Source: an uncultured delta proteobacterium
GTDB lineage: Bacteria; Desulfobacterota; Binatia; UBA9968
Length of the DNA stretch: 64,000 nucleotides
NCBI GenBank assembly: GCA_963728565.1
Contig: CAVSLC010000013.1
Location: 192,001-256,000, forward strand
Direction of reading: 5' to 3'
The notes below the pieces were generated by a model that had not been told where the DNA came from, ran no database searches, and saw nothing but the letters and a program-made list of their open reading frames with translations. The position numbers were made by a program, and so were the translations under genes. Positions 18,907 through 29,808 of this stretch are shown in pieces; the first letter of the stretch is position 1; the number at the start of each line of letters is the position of its first letter.

Positions 18907-19815
18907 CTACTTAACGGTCAATAACGCTTCTTTCGCTTCGTCGAGTTGTTTGAGTTCCTCTTTGCTTAGTTTTGGATACTGCAAATTTAGGGACGCGAGA
19001 AGGTCCACCAAAGCAGCTGCAACGATGAGGTGAGTAAACCATTTGTTATCTGCCGGCACGAGGTACCAGGGTGCTTGTTTGGTCGAGGTGTGCCGAATCA
19101 TATCCTCGTATGCTTCCATGTAGTCATCCCAGTGTTCGCGTTCATGGACGTCATTCACTGAAAACTTCCAGTTCTTCTCGGGTTTATCGATTCACTCTAG
19201 GAACCGTTTTTTCTGCTCTTTCTTAGACAGATGCAAATAGAATTTGCGAATAACTATACCATTGCGTGTCAAATAGCGCTCAAACTTCCGAATATCCTGG
19301 AATCGCTCTTTCCAGATATTCTTGGTGACAAGTTCAGGCGGGAGCTTCTGCTTCTCCAACAACTCCGGATGCACCCGCACAACCAGGGTTTCTTCGTAGT
19401 AGCTGCGATTGAATAGCCCGATCATGCCGCGCTCCGGCAAACGTCTCGCGCAGCGCCACAGGTAATCGTGATCGAGCTCCTCGCTGCTTGGCGCTTTGAA
19501 GGATTGAACCTGACAGCCCTGCGGATTGACGCCGGACATGACATGCTTAATGACGCTGTCCTTGCCTGCCGTATCCATCGCCTGAAAGATAACCAGCACC
19601 GCCCAACGGTTCTGTGCATAAAGTTTCTCTTGGAGCTTCGCCAAGATCTCGATTCCGGCGGCAAGGCCTTCCTTGGCGCGCGGTTTATCCTCGGAGTTTA
19701 AGTCGAGTGTGTCGGCAGGGTCAAAATCTTTGAGACGAAAACTCTGACGATCGGTGACGCGAAAGGGTTTGATCAACTCTCTAGCGCTCTCTATCATTGT
19801 ATCTATTGCCATCAT
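18907..19815 (-). CDS. ppk2: polyphosphate kinase 2 (class III signature) interrupted by an in-frame TGA
   Basis: FQAMDTAGKD, SFKAPS, HDYLWR, FNRSYYEE; the two listed ORFs are in frame and read FLE*IDKPEKNWKF across the TGA at 19192-19194. Confidence 0.88.
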
Positions 19816-20237
19816 TCCGTCCTCGTTAAAGGTCTTAAAGCAGAAACTTTCAACACGGTTGGTAGGGTTCTAATCGGTAATTCGTTTTAACGAGCCTGCT
19901 GCTCGTAGATCTACACTTCTCGCCGATCAGTGTTCATCGGAAGTTAACCTGCCCTTTTGCCCGGAGGTTGTTGCATTCGGAACCGATATTCACGACGTGT
20001 TCAGTACATTGTTTCTTGAGTAACACACTTATCAACATGGCGATACGCCATTCGACCGTTCGCCGACTGGATCATCAATTATCTCTGCTGCAAGAAGCGG
20101 GAGCAGCCGCTGTTGATTTATCAACTCTCGCCAGGCCCAATGATGCTGCAGCCTGCTTGGCTGTTTACTTGATTTCCAGTAGACGCCGCCCATGCACGAA
20201 CTTTTCCCAAATCGGCTATGGACAAGCTGCGTGCTTA

Positions 20238-20324
20238 TTATCTCAGCAGCACTGGAAGTAAAATAAAAGCCGCGGCAACCATCAGCGATAACAATGATGC
20301 CGTATCGTATTTATCAAACCCCAT
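20238..20324 (-). CDS. putative 28-aa single-TM small protein
   Basis: MGFDKYDTASLLSLMVAAAFILLPVLLR; weak RBS. Confidence 0.3.
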   Translation of the reverse strand: MGFDKYDTASLLSLMVAAAFILLPVLLR

Positions 20325-20680
20325 GCCCTGATCTGCTGAGCGCCGGCTCTTACTCCACCGTGTCGATAAGCTCATCGTAAATGCAGCGGTAGAACTCAAC
20401 AACTTCCTTAACATTTTGCTTGGCACTGACTGCTGCATGGATAGTTACCGGAGTATCCAACGGCCGAAGACTAACGGGATGACTGAACAAAGCAAAGCCT
20501 GAAACAAAGATTTAACTCACATACGCGGCGCGACGCTCGGGATGACCGATTACCATAAACTTCCTGGCGAGTTCTGATGATTTTACTCATCCGCCGCACG
20601 AGCCACTCACTTATTGTTACCGCTTCTCTGGCAAAGCTTGCTGTTTCTGCTTAACTCTCAGCTGCAGTTCCTTGAAGGAA

Positions 20681-20761
20681 TTACTGGAGGATGCTTCCTA
20701 GGACCAGGATAATCGTCGACAATCCAACTATGATGATTGCATCGAAAAGGTCTTCCCTCAT
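20681..20761 (-). CDS. putative 26-aa membrane peptide (paralog of 42821-42901)
   Basis: MREDLFDAIIIVGLSTIILVLGSILQ; 36 bp downstream of the receiver gene; homologous to a second peptide in the window. Confidence 0.6.
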   Translation of the reverse strand: MREDLFDAIIIVGLSTIILVLGSILQ

Positions 20762-20797
20762 AGACTCAACGATTTCTCCATATCAGAAGCACGCAGC

Positions 20798-21160
20798 CTA
20801 AACGTGTCTTCCAACAGCTGCAATAAGCTCTGTTGCAGCGAACGGCTTGGTTAAGAACTCTACAATTCCAACCTTCTGTGCCTCAGCTTTCACCTCACTC
20901 CGGGTCCAACCTGAACATGCAACGATCGGAATCTTTGTGGTTTCGGGATTGTCCTTGATCGTTCTTGCCAGGTCGAACCCCCTTACATCGGGTAGCGAGA
21001 CATCCATCAAAATTAAATCAGGGAGTTCAGATAAAGTCTTTTTCAATCCCTCATGAGCGTTTTCAGCTTCCCAGGTCTCGTGACCTGCAGAACATAGAAT
21101 CAGACTGAATACACGACGAGCATCGGGATGATCTTCTATGATCAAAATCTTTTTGCCCAT
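20798..21160 (-). CDS. single-domain response regulator (CheY/DivK-like)
   Basis: KILIIEDH, PDLILMDVSLP, FLTKPF; GAGGAG RBS. Confidence 0.88.
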   Translation of the reverse strand: MGKKILIIEDHPDARRVFSLILCSAGHETWEAENAHEGLKKTLSELPDLILMDVSLPDVRGFDLARTIKDNPETTKIPIVACSGWTRSEVKAEAQKVGIVEFLTKPFAATELIAAVGRHV

Positions 21161-21484
21161 TTTAATCTCCTCACCCTTGTTAGGTGCGCCTACTAGTTTG
21201 CCAGCGCGCAACCACCTGATGACCTCTTGTACAAAGGTAATGAGTATCGATTACGTGACGGTTAACGTTCGGTAAACACTGAATGAATAGTGCTACTGGG
21301 AAGAAAAGTCGGTGAAGTTGGAGGAGGCTTGCTCTTACCGATTGGTTCTCAGGAAGGAGGCATATGACCGGGTGAGTAACGGCGCTTGTCAGGAGCCGCT
21401 CCAGCCCGCGAACCGGGTCAAGTCTTCTCGAGAACATTATGAAGCGAGCTTGCATGAGTGATGGGGAGCCAGAAGCAACAATTA

Positions 21485-23586
21485 CTAGATCACATCATTG
21501 GTCAAATCGTTTTCGGCTCGTAAGATCTCATAGAGCCGGTCCTGAGAACGGATGTGTGGTCGACCCGTGCTAGTAACGCGTGATGAGCTACCGTCAGCAT
21601 GGATTTCCCAGGCTTTGGCGGTATCGCTGAGCTGAATCTCCAAGATCTCTTTCAGTCTAAGCTGATGCTGTGGGTCGAGTATCGGAAAAGCGATTTCAAC
21701 GCGTCGATCGAAATTGCGCGGCATCCAATCGGCGGAAGATAACCAGTACGCGGAATCGCCGCGATTATGGAAATAGAAGATGCGAGCATGCTCTAAGTAG
21801 CGGTCGATGATTGAAATGACCCGAATTTTCTCCGAGACGCCCGGAACACCCGGACTGAAACTGCACATGCCGCGTACGATCAAGTCGATCTGCACTCCTG
21901 CTTGGCTGGCACTGTAAAGCTCATCGATGATCGCAGGATCGGTTAAGCTATTCACTTTGGCGATGATCCGCGCCGACTCGCCGCTGCGCGCATGCTCTTT
22001 TTCCTTACGGATGCAGTTAAGGAAGCGCTCCCTCAGTCCAGTCGGCGCCAGTAGTAACTGCTGGAACTTCTGCGGTCGGGTGTAGCCGGTCAGCAGATTG
22101 AATAACTCGGTGAGATCCTGACCAAAGGCTTCCCGGCATGTAAATAGCCCTAGATCGCTATAAACGCCGGCCGTGCGTACATTGTAATTGCCGGTCGCGA
22201 GATGACAGTAGCGCCGAATGCCATCGATTTCCTGGCGCACCACCAGACAGATTTTGCAATGTGTTTTATATCCCACCAAGCCATACACGACGTGCGCCCC
22301 AATTTCTTCCAAGGCCCGCGCCCAGGTGATATTTCTTCCTCATCAAATTTTGCCTGCAACTCACAAGCACCGACACCTCTTTCCGCATTCGGCTGCACGC
22401 GCCAAGGCCTGAGCAATGGGCGAGGAAGGGCTAACGCGATAAAGGGTCATTTTGATCGCAAGCACTTTAGGATCTTTAGCGCGCTTCATCGACAAAACGA
22501 GTCACCGCATCGAAGGAATGGTACGGGTGAAACAGCATGATGTCGCCCGCGCGTATAGCGCTCCAGATATCGGCCGCACGTTCGAAAGCCACCACCGGCA
22601 AAGCTGACTGCGGTCGGTCTTTGAGGCGAGGCATACTGACCGCGGAGTAAAGCTGGAAAAGATCAGTGAACGCAGTAAAGCCTGTGCTCGGATACAGGTC
22701 CTCAGCTCCCAATTAGAGCTCATCACTAGTGGCTCACATTCCGCGGCAGCTCCGGATCGTAGTGCAATCGCACAGCATCACCCATTCGACGCTCGCGGAC
22801 ACCCTGCTCGATCGTCATCAACAGATCTTCGTCGTGCCGGCGCAGCATCCCAAATTCGGCGTCCCGAGTCACTCGGATGGCGTGACACGATCGGATCTCG
22901 AAGCCGTGATAAAGGCGTGGCACATACCGGCTAAGAACATCTTCCAAAAGCACAAACGCATGCTGCCCCTCGCGCGTCGGCAACGGCACGAAGCGAGGCA
23001 CGACGTGCGTTGGGATATGAAGAATTGAAAGATCGGTGTGCGGCAAACGGGAAGCTACGGTGGGACTCAGCGACACGACAAAACATAATGAGCGATTGGC
23101 AAGGTAGGGAAACGGATGTCCCGGATCGATGGCAAGCGGCGTCAGAATCGGATAAAGGGTGCGATTGAAAAAGTCTTCGAGAAAGCGCTCCTGCTCACCG
23201 CTCATCTCTTGCGGCCGAACCAAATGAATGCCTTCCGTGGCCAAATGCGGCAATATCGTATTGATGAAACACAGATGCTGTTCCTCGACAAGCTCGTGGG
23301 CTCGCTTCGAGATAGCTGTTAGGATTTCAGCAGGTGTACGTCCTTCCGGATCCGAATTCTGAGATCCTTTGAAGAGCTGCCGTTTGATGCGAGCGACACG
23401 AACCATGAAAAATTCATCGAGATTAGAACTGAAGATAGCTAAAAACTTAACCCGCTCGAGCAACGGCACAGTCTCATCTTTGGCCTCCTCCAGAACTCGC
23501 CGGTTGAATTCAAGCCATGACAACTCACGCTGCAGATACCTATGGTTCTTATCTCCGTCCATATTACTATCCTGATGTGTTCCCAT
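21485..23586 (-). pseudogene. ppk1: polyphosphate kinase 1, several frameshifts between ~22340 and 22730 (sequencing error or decay)
   Basis: RELSWLEFNRRVL, SSNLDEFFMVRVA, HPYHSF, KTHCK, GNYN, YLEHARI and SADWMPRN lie in successive frames. Confidence 0.88.
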
Positions 23587-23665
23587 TGCTAGAACTCACG
23601 GAGGTGCCCCTAAGGTCCTCGATGAGCAAGGTACAACACGGTTTATCGAACCAACACCCGTTCGT

Positions 23666-23757
23666 GTTAAAAGTACATTAATTTATCGTTACAAACTGGC
23701 CGTTTCAGGGATATCCAGTAGGGGCAATTTGCGCAAAAAAATTAACCGATTTGTAAC
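23666..23757. promoter_or_regulatory. divergent Pho-box-like sites between ppk1 and ppx
   Basis: Minus strand GTAAC/TTAAT/TTAAC at 11-bp spacing (23692, 23681, 23670) facing ppk1; plus strand TTAAC/GTAAC (23742, 23753) facing ppx. Confidence 0.55.
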
Positions 23758-23799
23758 ACTTTTTAGGTCAACAACGGTTCCAATCAATGGTATGTAGAG

Positions 23800-25333
23800 A
23801 TGATGGTAGATCACTTTGCAGTCATCGACGTTGGCAGCAACGCGATGAAACTCCAAGTAGCCGTCGTCGATCAGCCCAAACGCTATCGAGTTGTCGAACA
23901 GGACCGCCAAGCTGTCCGTGTCGGGCACAATGTATTTCAAACCGGCCGTCTGGATCCCGCCATCGCCGAAGCGGCGCTAAAGGTTCTTACAGATTTCAAG
24001 CTAGTAGCAGACCACTATCAGGTCAAGGCCATCCAGGCTGTGGGCACCAGCGCTCTACGAGAAGCCTGCGATGGAAAATCCTTTCTCCGAGAGGCTCATC
24101 AGCTCGGCGTACCGATGCAGATTCTCTCTGAAGAAGACGAAGCTCGACTGATCAGCTTAGGAATTATGAGTGGCCTGCGCTTTCATTTGCCGCTCGGCCT
24201 GTTTTTGGACATCGGCGGGGGCAGTGTCGAAATCGCCGTCGCAAATACAACGAACGTTTTTTGTTTATTCAGTCTACCTCTCGGAGCCGTTCGTCTGACC
24301 GAGGAGCTATTTACCTCTGATCCGCCGCGCAAGCGCGAAATCCGCGACCTACGTCAGGTTGTTAGACAGAAGCTCAGGTCGGTTGGCCAGCGCCTTGGAC
24401 AGGAAAAGTACACCATGGCCTTCGGCAGCGGCGGTACTATGACTGCTCTAGCTGAAACGAATATACGAGTCGCCGGAGATGGCAAAAACGGCTCTCTGTC
24501 GCTTTTGCGGCGGACCCGGCTGAAAGCCTTATTGGAGTTGTTAACAACCATACCAGCTAAAGAGCGCGCCTCACTGATCAGCGGCGATCCCAAGCGCGCA
24601 GATATCATAGTTGCCGGCGGGCTGGTTCTCTATGAGATTATGTCGGAGATCGGCCTCGATTACATCTTTGTCTCGCGAAGAGGTTTGCGGGATGGCTTGA
24701 TGATCGACCTCCTACAGCGACATTATGAAAACTCAGGTGTATGGGATCCGGATGCAGAGCGCGCGGATTCCCTCGAGCAGGTATGTCAAAAGTATCTTGT
24801 ACGATGCGCCTCATGCCTACCATGTTAGCCAGCTTGCGATGAACTTATTCTATCAACTGAACGATCTGCATAAGCTTTCCGATAAATATTCCAGTATTCT
24901 ACAGGCAGCAGCGATGCTGCACGATATCGGCCTTTTCATAGCTGAGCCTAAGCACCATAAGCATTCCTACTATCTTATCAAAAGTTCGGGAATTAACTCT
25001 TTTGATAAGCTTGATCTCGACGTGGTGGCCAACATTGCTCGTTATCACCGCAAAGCGCACCCCAGCCAGAAGCATCTAGGTTTTAGTCAACTCTCTCCAA
25101 GCAACCAAGATGTGATACGAAAACTAAGTGCTATACTCCGAATTGCCGATGCGTTCGATTATAGGCACGACCAAAAAGTTATTGCCCTGACGTGTGCGGT
25201 GAAAAAATCCAAAGCTATCACTGTTACTGCTTCCGGCACGGATGATATCGGTGACGAAATCGCCTGGGCTTCGAAAAAGGGGCAACTGTTTGAAGAAGTT
25301 TTCAACCTCAAGCTCGTTATCCAGAAAGCATAG
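23800..25333 (+). CDS. ppx: Ppx/GppA exopolyphosphatase with C-terminal HD domain; frameshift near 24798
   Basis: IDVGSNA, GTSALRE, DIGGGSVE, RADII, GLRDG, then LHDIG...HHKHSYYLI...ARYHRK in the next frame. Confidence 0.88.
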
Positions 25334-25365
25334 ACACGCAGGGGCCAGTAACGGAGGACAATTCA

Positions 25366-25806
25366 ATGAGACGAACCATTCGCGACCGCAATATTCTTTT
25401 TCTATGCGAGGACAACGCATCGCTGAGCCAAATGGCGGAAGCCGTGGCGAAACACCTCGATCCCCCCAAGGTTAAGATCTTCAGCGCTGGCATCAAACCC
25501 ACGACGATCCCATCGCAAGTTTATAAAGTTATGGAAGAGTCAGGGGTTAGCTTAGAGGGCCAGTCGTGTAAAAAGATGAATGAGGTACCGTTGAATGAAA
25601 TCGATTTGGTGATAAGTTTCGAAGGTGCGGATAAGAGGTGTAGCTCCTTGCCAAAGCGGACGAAAGTGGAGAACTGGTCGATCCCGGCACTGGGTTTGTC
25701 CAATATAAGCAGCCCGGCATCATTGACAAAGTATCGGCACCAGCGAGACGAGATCAATAGACGAGTATTCGCGCTTTTTATGGATTATTGGCGGAATGAT
25801 GCGTAA
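25366..25806 (+). CDS. LMW-PTP/ArsC-fold protein with degenerate P-loop
   Basis: ILFLCEDNASLSQMAE (canonical CxxNxxRS with Arg replaced by Leu), SAG, IDLVIS, RDEI. Confidence 0.75.
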   Translation: MRRTIRDRNILFLCEDNASLSQMAEAVAKHLDPPKVKIFSAGIKPTTIPSQVYKVMEESGVSLEGQSCKKMNEVPLNEIDLVISFEGADKRCSSLPKRTKVENWSIPALGLSNISSPASLTKYRHQRDEINRRVFALFMDYWRNDA

Positions 25807-25862
25807 CCCCCATTGGTGTTTCGCACCACTAACATAAATAACTGACAAGTAAGGTGAATCGT

Positions 25863-26372
25863 ATGAATCTCTACCTTCTGCGACATGGCGTCGCTGCAGC
25901 TAAGGATGATCCGGCTTTTGAGTCTGATAGCGAGCGGCCGCTTACTAAAAAGGGAGTCAAAAAATTCCGCAAAGCAGCGCGCGGAATTGAACGTTTGGGG
26001 ATTACGTTGGACGTGATCCTCAGCAGTCCTTTAGTTCGCGCCCGGCAAACAGCTGATATTGTCGCCGCGGTCTTGAATAAGGAATCTGACATTGAGGAAA
26101 TACCGGAATTAGCTCCGGAGAGTTTGCCCGAACAGCTAACATCTGCCTTGAACAATGTTCACGACAAAGAGCATGTCATGTTGGTAGGCCATGAGCCGTT
26201 CCTTGGCAAATTGGCGGCGTTTCTGGTTAATGGCAAAAACAATTCTGACAGTGTGATTCCCCTCAAAAAGGGCGGTATCTGCCGCATCGAGATCGAAGCT
26301 CTTCCCCCGACACAACCCGGACATATGCACTGGCTACTGACTGCGAAACAGCTTCGCCTGATAGCCCGGTAA
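25863..26372 (+). CDS. sixA: phosphohistidine phosphatase SixA
   Basis: LYLLRHG, RPLT, SSPLVRARQTA, LVGHEP, LKKGG. Confidence 0.9.
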   Translation: MNLYLLRHGVAAAKDDPAFESDSERPLTKKGVKKFRKAARGIERLGITLDVILSSPLVRARQTADIVAAVLNKESDIEEIPELAPESLPEQLTSALNNVHDKEHVMLVGHEPFLGKLAAFLVNGKNNSDSVIPLKKGGICRIEIEALPPTQPGHMHWLLTAKQLRLIAR

Positions 26373-26380
26373 TCTGCGAA

Positions 26381-27313
26381 ATGTACCCAGAGACGAGCCA
26401 CTCTGAGAACAGAGTAACCCTTCTCAGAGTTTTGAAAAATGATATCCTGAGGCTCGCCCTAACTCGCTTGAAGAAATGCGTTTCCATCACGCCCAGGCTT
26501 TTGGTTGACCACGATCCAGACGACATTCACGACCTTCGAGTAACGAGTCGCCGTTTGCAGCAAGTTGTCAGCTTAATGTTTCCCAAGCCTCGCCGTGCAA
26601 AGAGCCGTAAAGTAATCCGGTCTCTACGCGATCTGCGCCGCGATTGGGGCTCTTGCCGTAATCTCGACGTTGATTTAGCCCTCTTGCAGGAGAAGCTCGA
26701 GTCACTTGAGACAGACGGAGTTCGCGACGCGTGGAGTTATGTCCGCGGATGTCTAGTGGAGTTGCGAGCGCAAGAACTCGACCGTGCACGGAAGCGGCTC
26801 CGCCGGCTCGATATTCTGGCTTTTATCGAAAGAACTCAGCGGTTGTTCAAGGCGGTAAAAATAGAGAACGTCCAGGACTTGAACTTAGAGGAAAGTTTCG
26901 CTGACACTCTGGCCGAATGGCGTGAGGCGGTCGCGCAAGCAAAAAGCCGGCAGAATTCGAAGCATCTGCATGAATTGCGGATCTCAGGCAAACGACTGCG
27001 CTACCGTTTGGAAATCATCGCCGAACTGGGGAACACCGCCGCAAAAGATCAGGCGACCTCATTGAAAGAATTGCAAGATGAGCTCGGTCGTTGGCACGAC
27101 TGCCATGTTCTGTTGCAGTTTGTCGAAGAGCTCATCGAGAAGCCGGAGTTTTTTAGTGATCACCCGGAGTTTCAGCAGATACTAGAACGTGACATCGACA
27201 GCGAGAGGCGCAAGAATGATGCGGCGATCGACGAAATCTTAAAACAAGCTGAAAAACTCCAGCTCGGCTTGGACAGTAGCAAAGCAGCAGTTAGACCAGA
27301 AGATTCCCTCTGA
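26381..27313 (+). CDS. CHAD-domain polyphosphate-binding protein
   Basis: IHDLRVTSRRL, RNLDV, LHELRISGKRLRY, LQDELGRWHD. Confidence 0.88.
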   Translation: MYPETSHSENRVTLLRVLKNDILRLALTRLKKCVSITPRLLVDHDPDDIHDLRVTSRRLQQVVSLMFPKPRRAKSRKVIRSLRDLRRDWGSCRNLDVDLALLQEKLESLETDGVRDAWSYVRGCLVELRAQELDRARKRLRRLDILAFIERTQRLFKAVKIENVQDLNLEESFADTLAEWREAVAQAKSRQNSKHLHELRISGKRLRYRLEIIAELGNTAAKDQATSLKELQDELGRWHDCHVLLQFVEELIEKPEFFSDHPEFQQILERDIDSERRKNDAAIDEILKQAEKLQLGLDSSKAAVRPEDSL

Positions 27314-27550
27314 CGGCTTTCAACTCAATTCGATGGTCCGAAGGTATCGGTGATTTCAAAGCCGTACGTTCCACCGTTTATCGAATTCTGCCAGAATCCA
27401 TCGTTCGATATTGCATATCGATCCTTCCTTGAGAAGCGCGTCGTTTAGCGGCCGCAATATGTCTGGAGTGCTTTCGCTCACGTCTGATTTCGTGGGCGAG
27501 CTTCAAACGGGTTCGGATCTGTACACTTTAGCCAGACCCGCCTCTATCTT

Positions 27551-27767
27551 CTGTTAAATTCCTGTTACGAACTCCGACGCCGTCTGCCGGCCCAACCTCA
27601 TTTAACAGTTTCTTAACTCACGCTTTACATCAGTTTCACGATTACTCCCTACCGTAATCGTCGAATAGGCGATGAGATACTATACAGATAAGAACAAAGC
27701 GCAATCTCGTTGCAGAAGTCCGTGTGGAGCTTACCCAGGCTTAAGACGTTTGTAACAATCCCGTAAC
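27551..27767 (+). promoter_or_regulatory. Pho boxes upstream of pstS
   Basis: CTGTTAAATTCCTGTTAC (27551-27568); TTAAC/TTAAC/TTTAC/TTCAC at 27602, 27613, 27624, 27635; TTAAG/GTAAC/GTAAC at 27741, 27752, 27763; all have 11-bp period. Confidence 0.7.
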
Positions 27768-27804
27768 ATTGGCTGATTAAAGATAATAAAAAAGGAGAAA
27801 GACG

Positions 27805-28788
27805 ATGAAAATGATGTTGTTTATCTTGGTTGCCGGCTGGCTGGCTGCTCAGCCGTGGGTGGCAAAAGCTCAGGTCATACAGATCGACGGTTCCAGCACC
27901 GTCTTTCCGGTGACTGAAGCAGTCGCAGAAGAATTTCAAAACTCAAAAAAAGGAAAAGTTAAAGTCACGGTCGGCATCTCAGGCACCGGCGGCGGCTTTA
28001 AGAAATTCTGCCGAGGTGAAACAGATATTAGCAACGCCTCCCGTCCGATCCTTAAACAAGAGATAGACGCTTGCAAAGGATCCGGCGTCGAATTTTTTGA
28101 GCTACCCGTCGCCTATGATGCTTTAACGGTGATCGTCAATCCAAAGAACGATTGGGCGGCATCGATGACGGTGGTCGAATTGAAAAAAATCTGGGAACCT
28201 GCCGCGCAGGGCAAAGTCACGACCTGGAACCAGATCCGACCCAACTGGCCCAATGCGCCGCTCAGGCTTTTCGGCGCCGGCGCCGACTCGGGCACCTTCG
28301 ACTATTTTACTGAAGCTATCGTAGGCAAGGCCAAGTCGAGCCGCGGTGATTTTACCGCCAGCGAGGACGATAACGTCCTGGTTCAAGGGGTAGCCAATGA
28401 TCGGAACGCATTGGGCTTCTTTGGCTTTGCCTATTACATAGAGAATCAAAAGAAACTGAAGGCCGTTGCGATTGACGGCGGCAAAGGACCGGTAGCTCCA
28501 TCAGCAAAGACCGTCGAGGACGGTAGCTATCAACCACTGTCGCGACCGATTTTTATCTATGTTAGCAAAAAGGCGATTGCCAAACCCGAGGTCAAGGAGT
28601 TTGTCGATTTTTATCTTAAAAACGCCCCCGCCCTGGTAAAAGAGGTTAAGTATGTTGCGTTACCAGCCAAGGCTTACACGCTAGGGTTAGAACACATCCA
28701 GAAAGGCAAAATCGGCACCGTATTTGGCGGTGAAGCGGAAGTCGGAGTCAAAATCGACGACTTGCTGAAACGCGAAGCCAAATTCTAG
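27805..28788 (+). CDS. pstS: phosphate ABC transporter substrate-binding protein
   Basis: [35 protein letters not shown]. Confidence 0.95.
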   Translation: MKMMLFILVAGWLAAQPWVAKAQVIQIDGSSTVFPVTEAVAEEFQNSKKGKVKVTVGISGTGGGFKKFCRGETDISNASRPILKQEIDACKGSGVEFFELPVAYDALTVIVNPKNDWAASMTVVELKKIWEPAAQGKVTTWNQIRPNWPNAPLRLFGAGADSGTFDYFTEAIVGKAKSSRGDFTASEDDNVLVQGVANDRNALGFFGFAYYIENQKKLKAVAIDGGKGPVAPSAKTVEDGSYQPLSRPIFIYVSKKAIAKPEVKEFVDFYLKNAPALVKEVKYVALPAKAYTLGLEHIQKGKIGTVFGGEAEVGVKIDDLLKREAKF

Positions 28789-28860
28789 TAAAAGCAACCT
28801 ACATTTTGCGGAAGGCACCGGCTATGATCGGTGCTTTCCGCTCCTAGCCGCGGACAGATT

Positions 28861-29808
28861 ATGGCAGTTACGGAACAGGTGTATCCTGAAATTTTAAGAA
28901 GTCGAGTCCAAACCGCGACGATGAATCGCCGTTTGCAACGAGCACGCGAACGAGTGATCGAGATCTTATTACTTCTCGCGGCGCTTTCTTCAGTGGCGAT
29001 TACCGTCGGAATCGTCGGCGTTCTCGTTTTCGAGTCGTTGCAGTTTTTCAAACACGTTTCGATCGTGGAGTTTCTAACAGACACCCAGTGGACCGTGCTC
29101 TTCGCCGATCCGCATTATGGCATCATGCCGCTGGTCAGCGGCACGTTAGTTACGTCTGTTGTGGCGCTCCTGGTCTCCCTTCCGCTCGGAACCATCATCG
29201 CGATTTATCTCAGCGAATATGCCGGCAGCCGGACGAGAGAAATACTCAAGCCGATTTTGGAGCTTCTCAGTGCGGTTCCCACGGTGGTCTTCGGCTACTT
29301 TGCTCTGCTGTTTTTAACGCCGCTATTGCAGCGCTTGTTACCGAGTTTGCCAGGTTTCAATATGCTCAGCGCCGGCATCGTGATCGGCATCATGATTATT
29401 CCGTATGTTAGCTCGCTCAGCGAAGATGCGATCAGAGCCGTGCCGGTCCATATTCGGGAGGGTTCTTACGCCATGGGCGCGACTCGGTTACAGACCGCGC
29501 TCAGAGTCCTGTTCCCTGCCGCGTTTTCAGGCATAGCTTCGGCCTATGTGCTGGGCTTCTCCCGTGCGGTGGGTGAGACCATGATTGTGGCGTTGGCTGC
29601 CGGAACGCAGCCAAACCTTACGCTCAATCCCATGGAAGGAGCGGCAACGATCACGGCCTACATTGTCCAGGTCAGCCTCGGCGATCTGCCGCACGGCAGC
29701 ATTGCTTATCAGAGCATCTTCGCCGCAGGATTAACCTTGATGTTGATGACGTTGATCTTCAATATCGGTGGCTATCTACTGCGCAAGAGATTTCGGGAGA
29801 TTTACTAA
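28861..29808 (+). CDS. pstC: phosphate ABC permease PstC
   Basis: PTVVFGYFAL, EGSYAMGAT, SRAVGETMIV. Confidence 0.95.
   Translation: MAVTEQVYPEILRSRVQTATMNRRLQRARERVIEILLLLAALSSVAITVGIVGVLVFESLQFFKHVSIVEFLTDTQWTVLFADPHYGIMPLVSGTLVTSVVALLVSLPLGTIIAIYLSEYAGSRTREILKPILELLSAVPTVVFGYFALLFLTPLLQRLLPSLPGFNMLSAGIVIGIMIIPYVSSLSEDAIRAVPVHIREGSYAMGATRLQTALRVLFPAAFSGIASAYVLGFSRAVGETMIVALAAGTQPNLTLNPMEGAATITAYIVQVSLGDLPHGSIAYQSIFAAGLTLMLMTLIFNIGGYLLRKRFREIY

Noticed and set aside
19192-19194. In-frame TGA in ppk2 as selenocysteine, tempting next to a selenium cluster
   Set aside because: It aligns to a conserved Arg (CGA), not Cys, and I see no convincing SECIS hairpin after it; a nonsense change or base error is simpler.
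21185-21205. sigma54 motif upstream of the receiver gene at 21160
   Set aside because: Spacing is GG-N11-GC rather than N10 and TTGC is absent.
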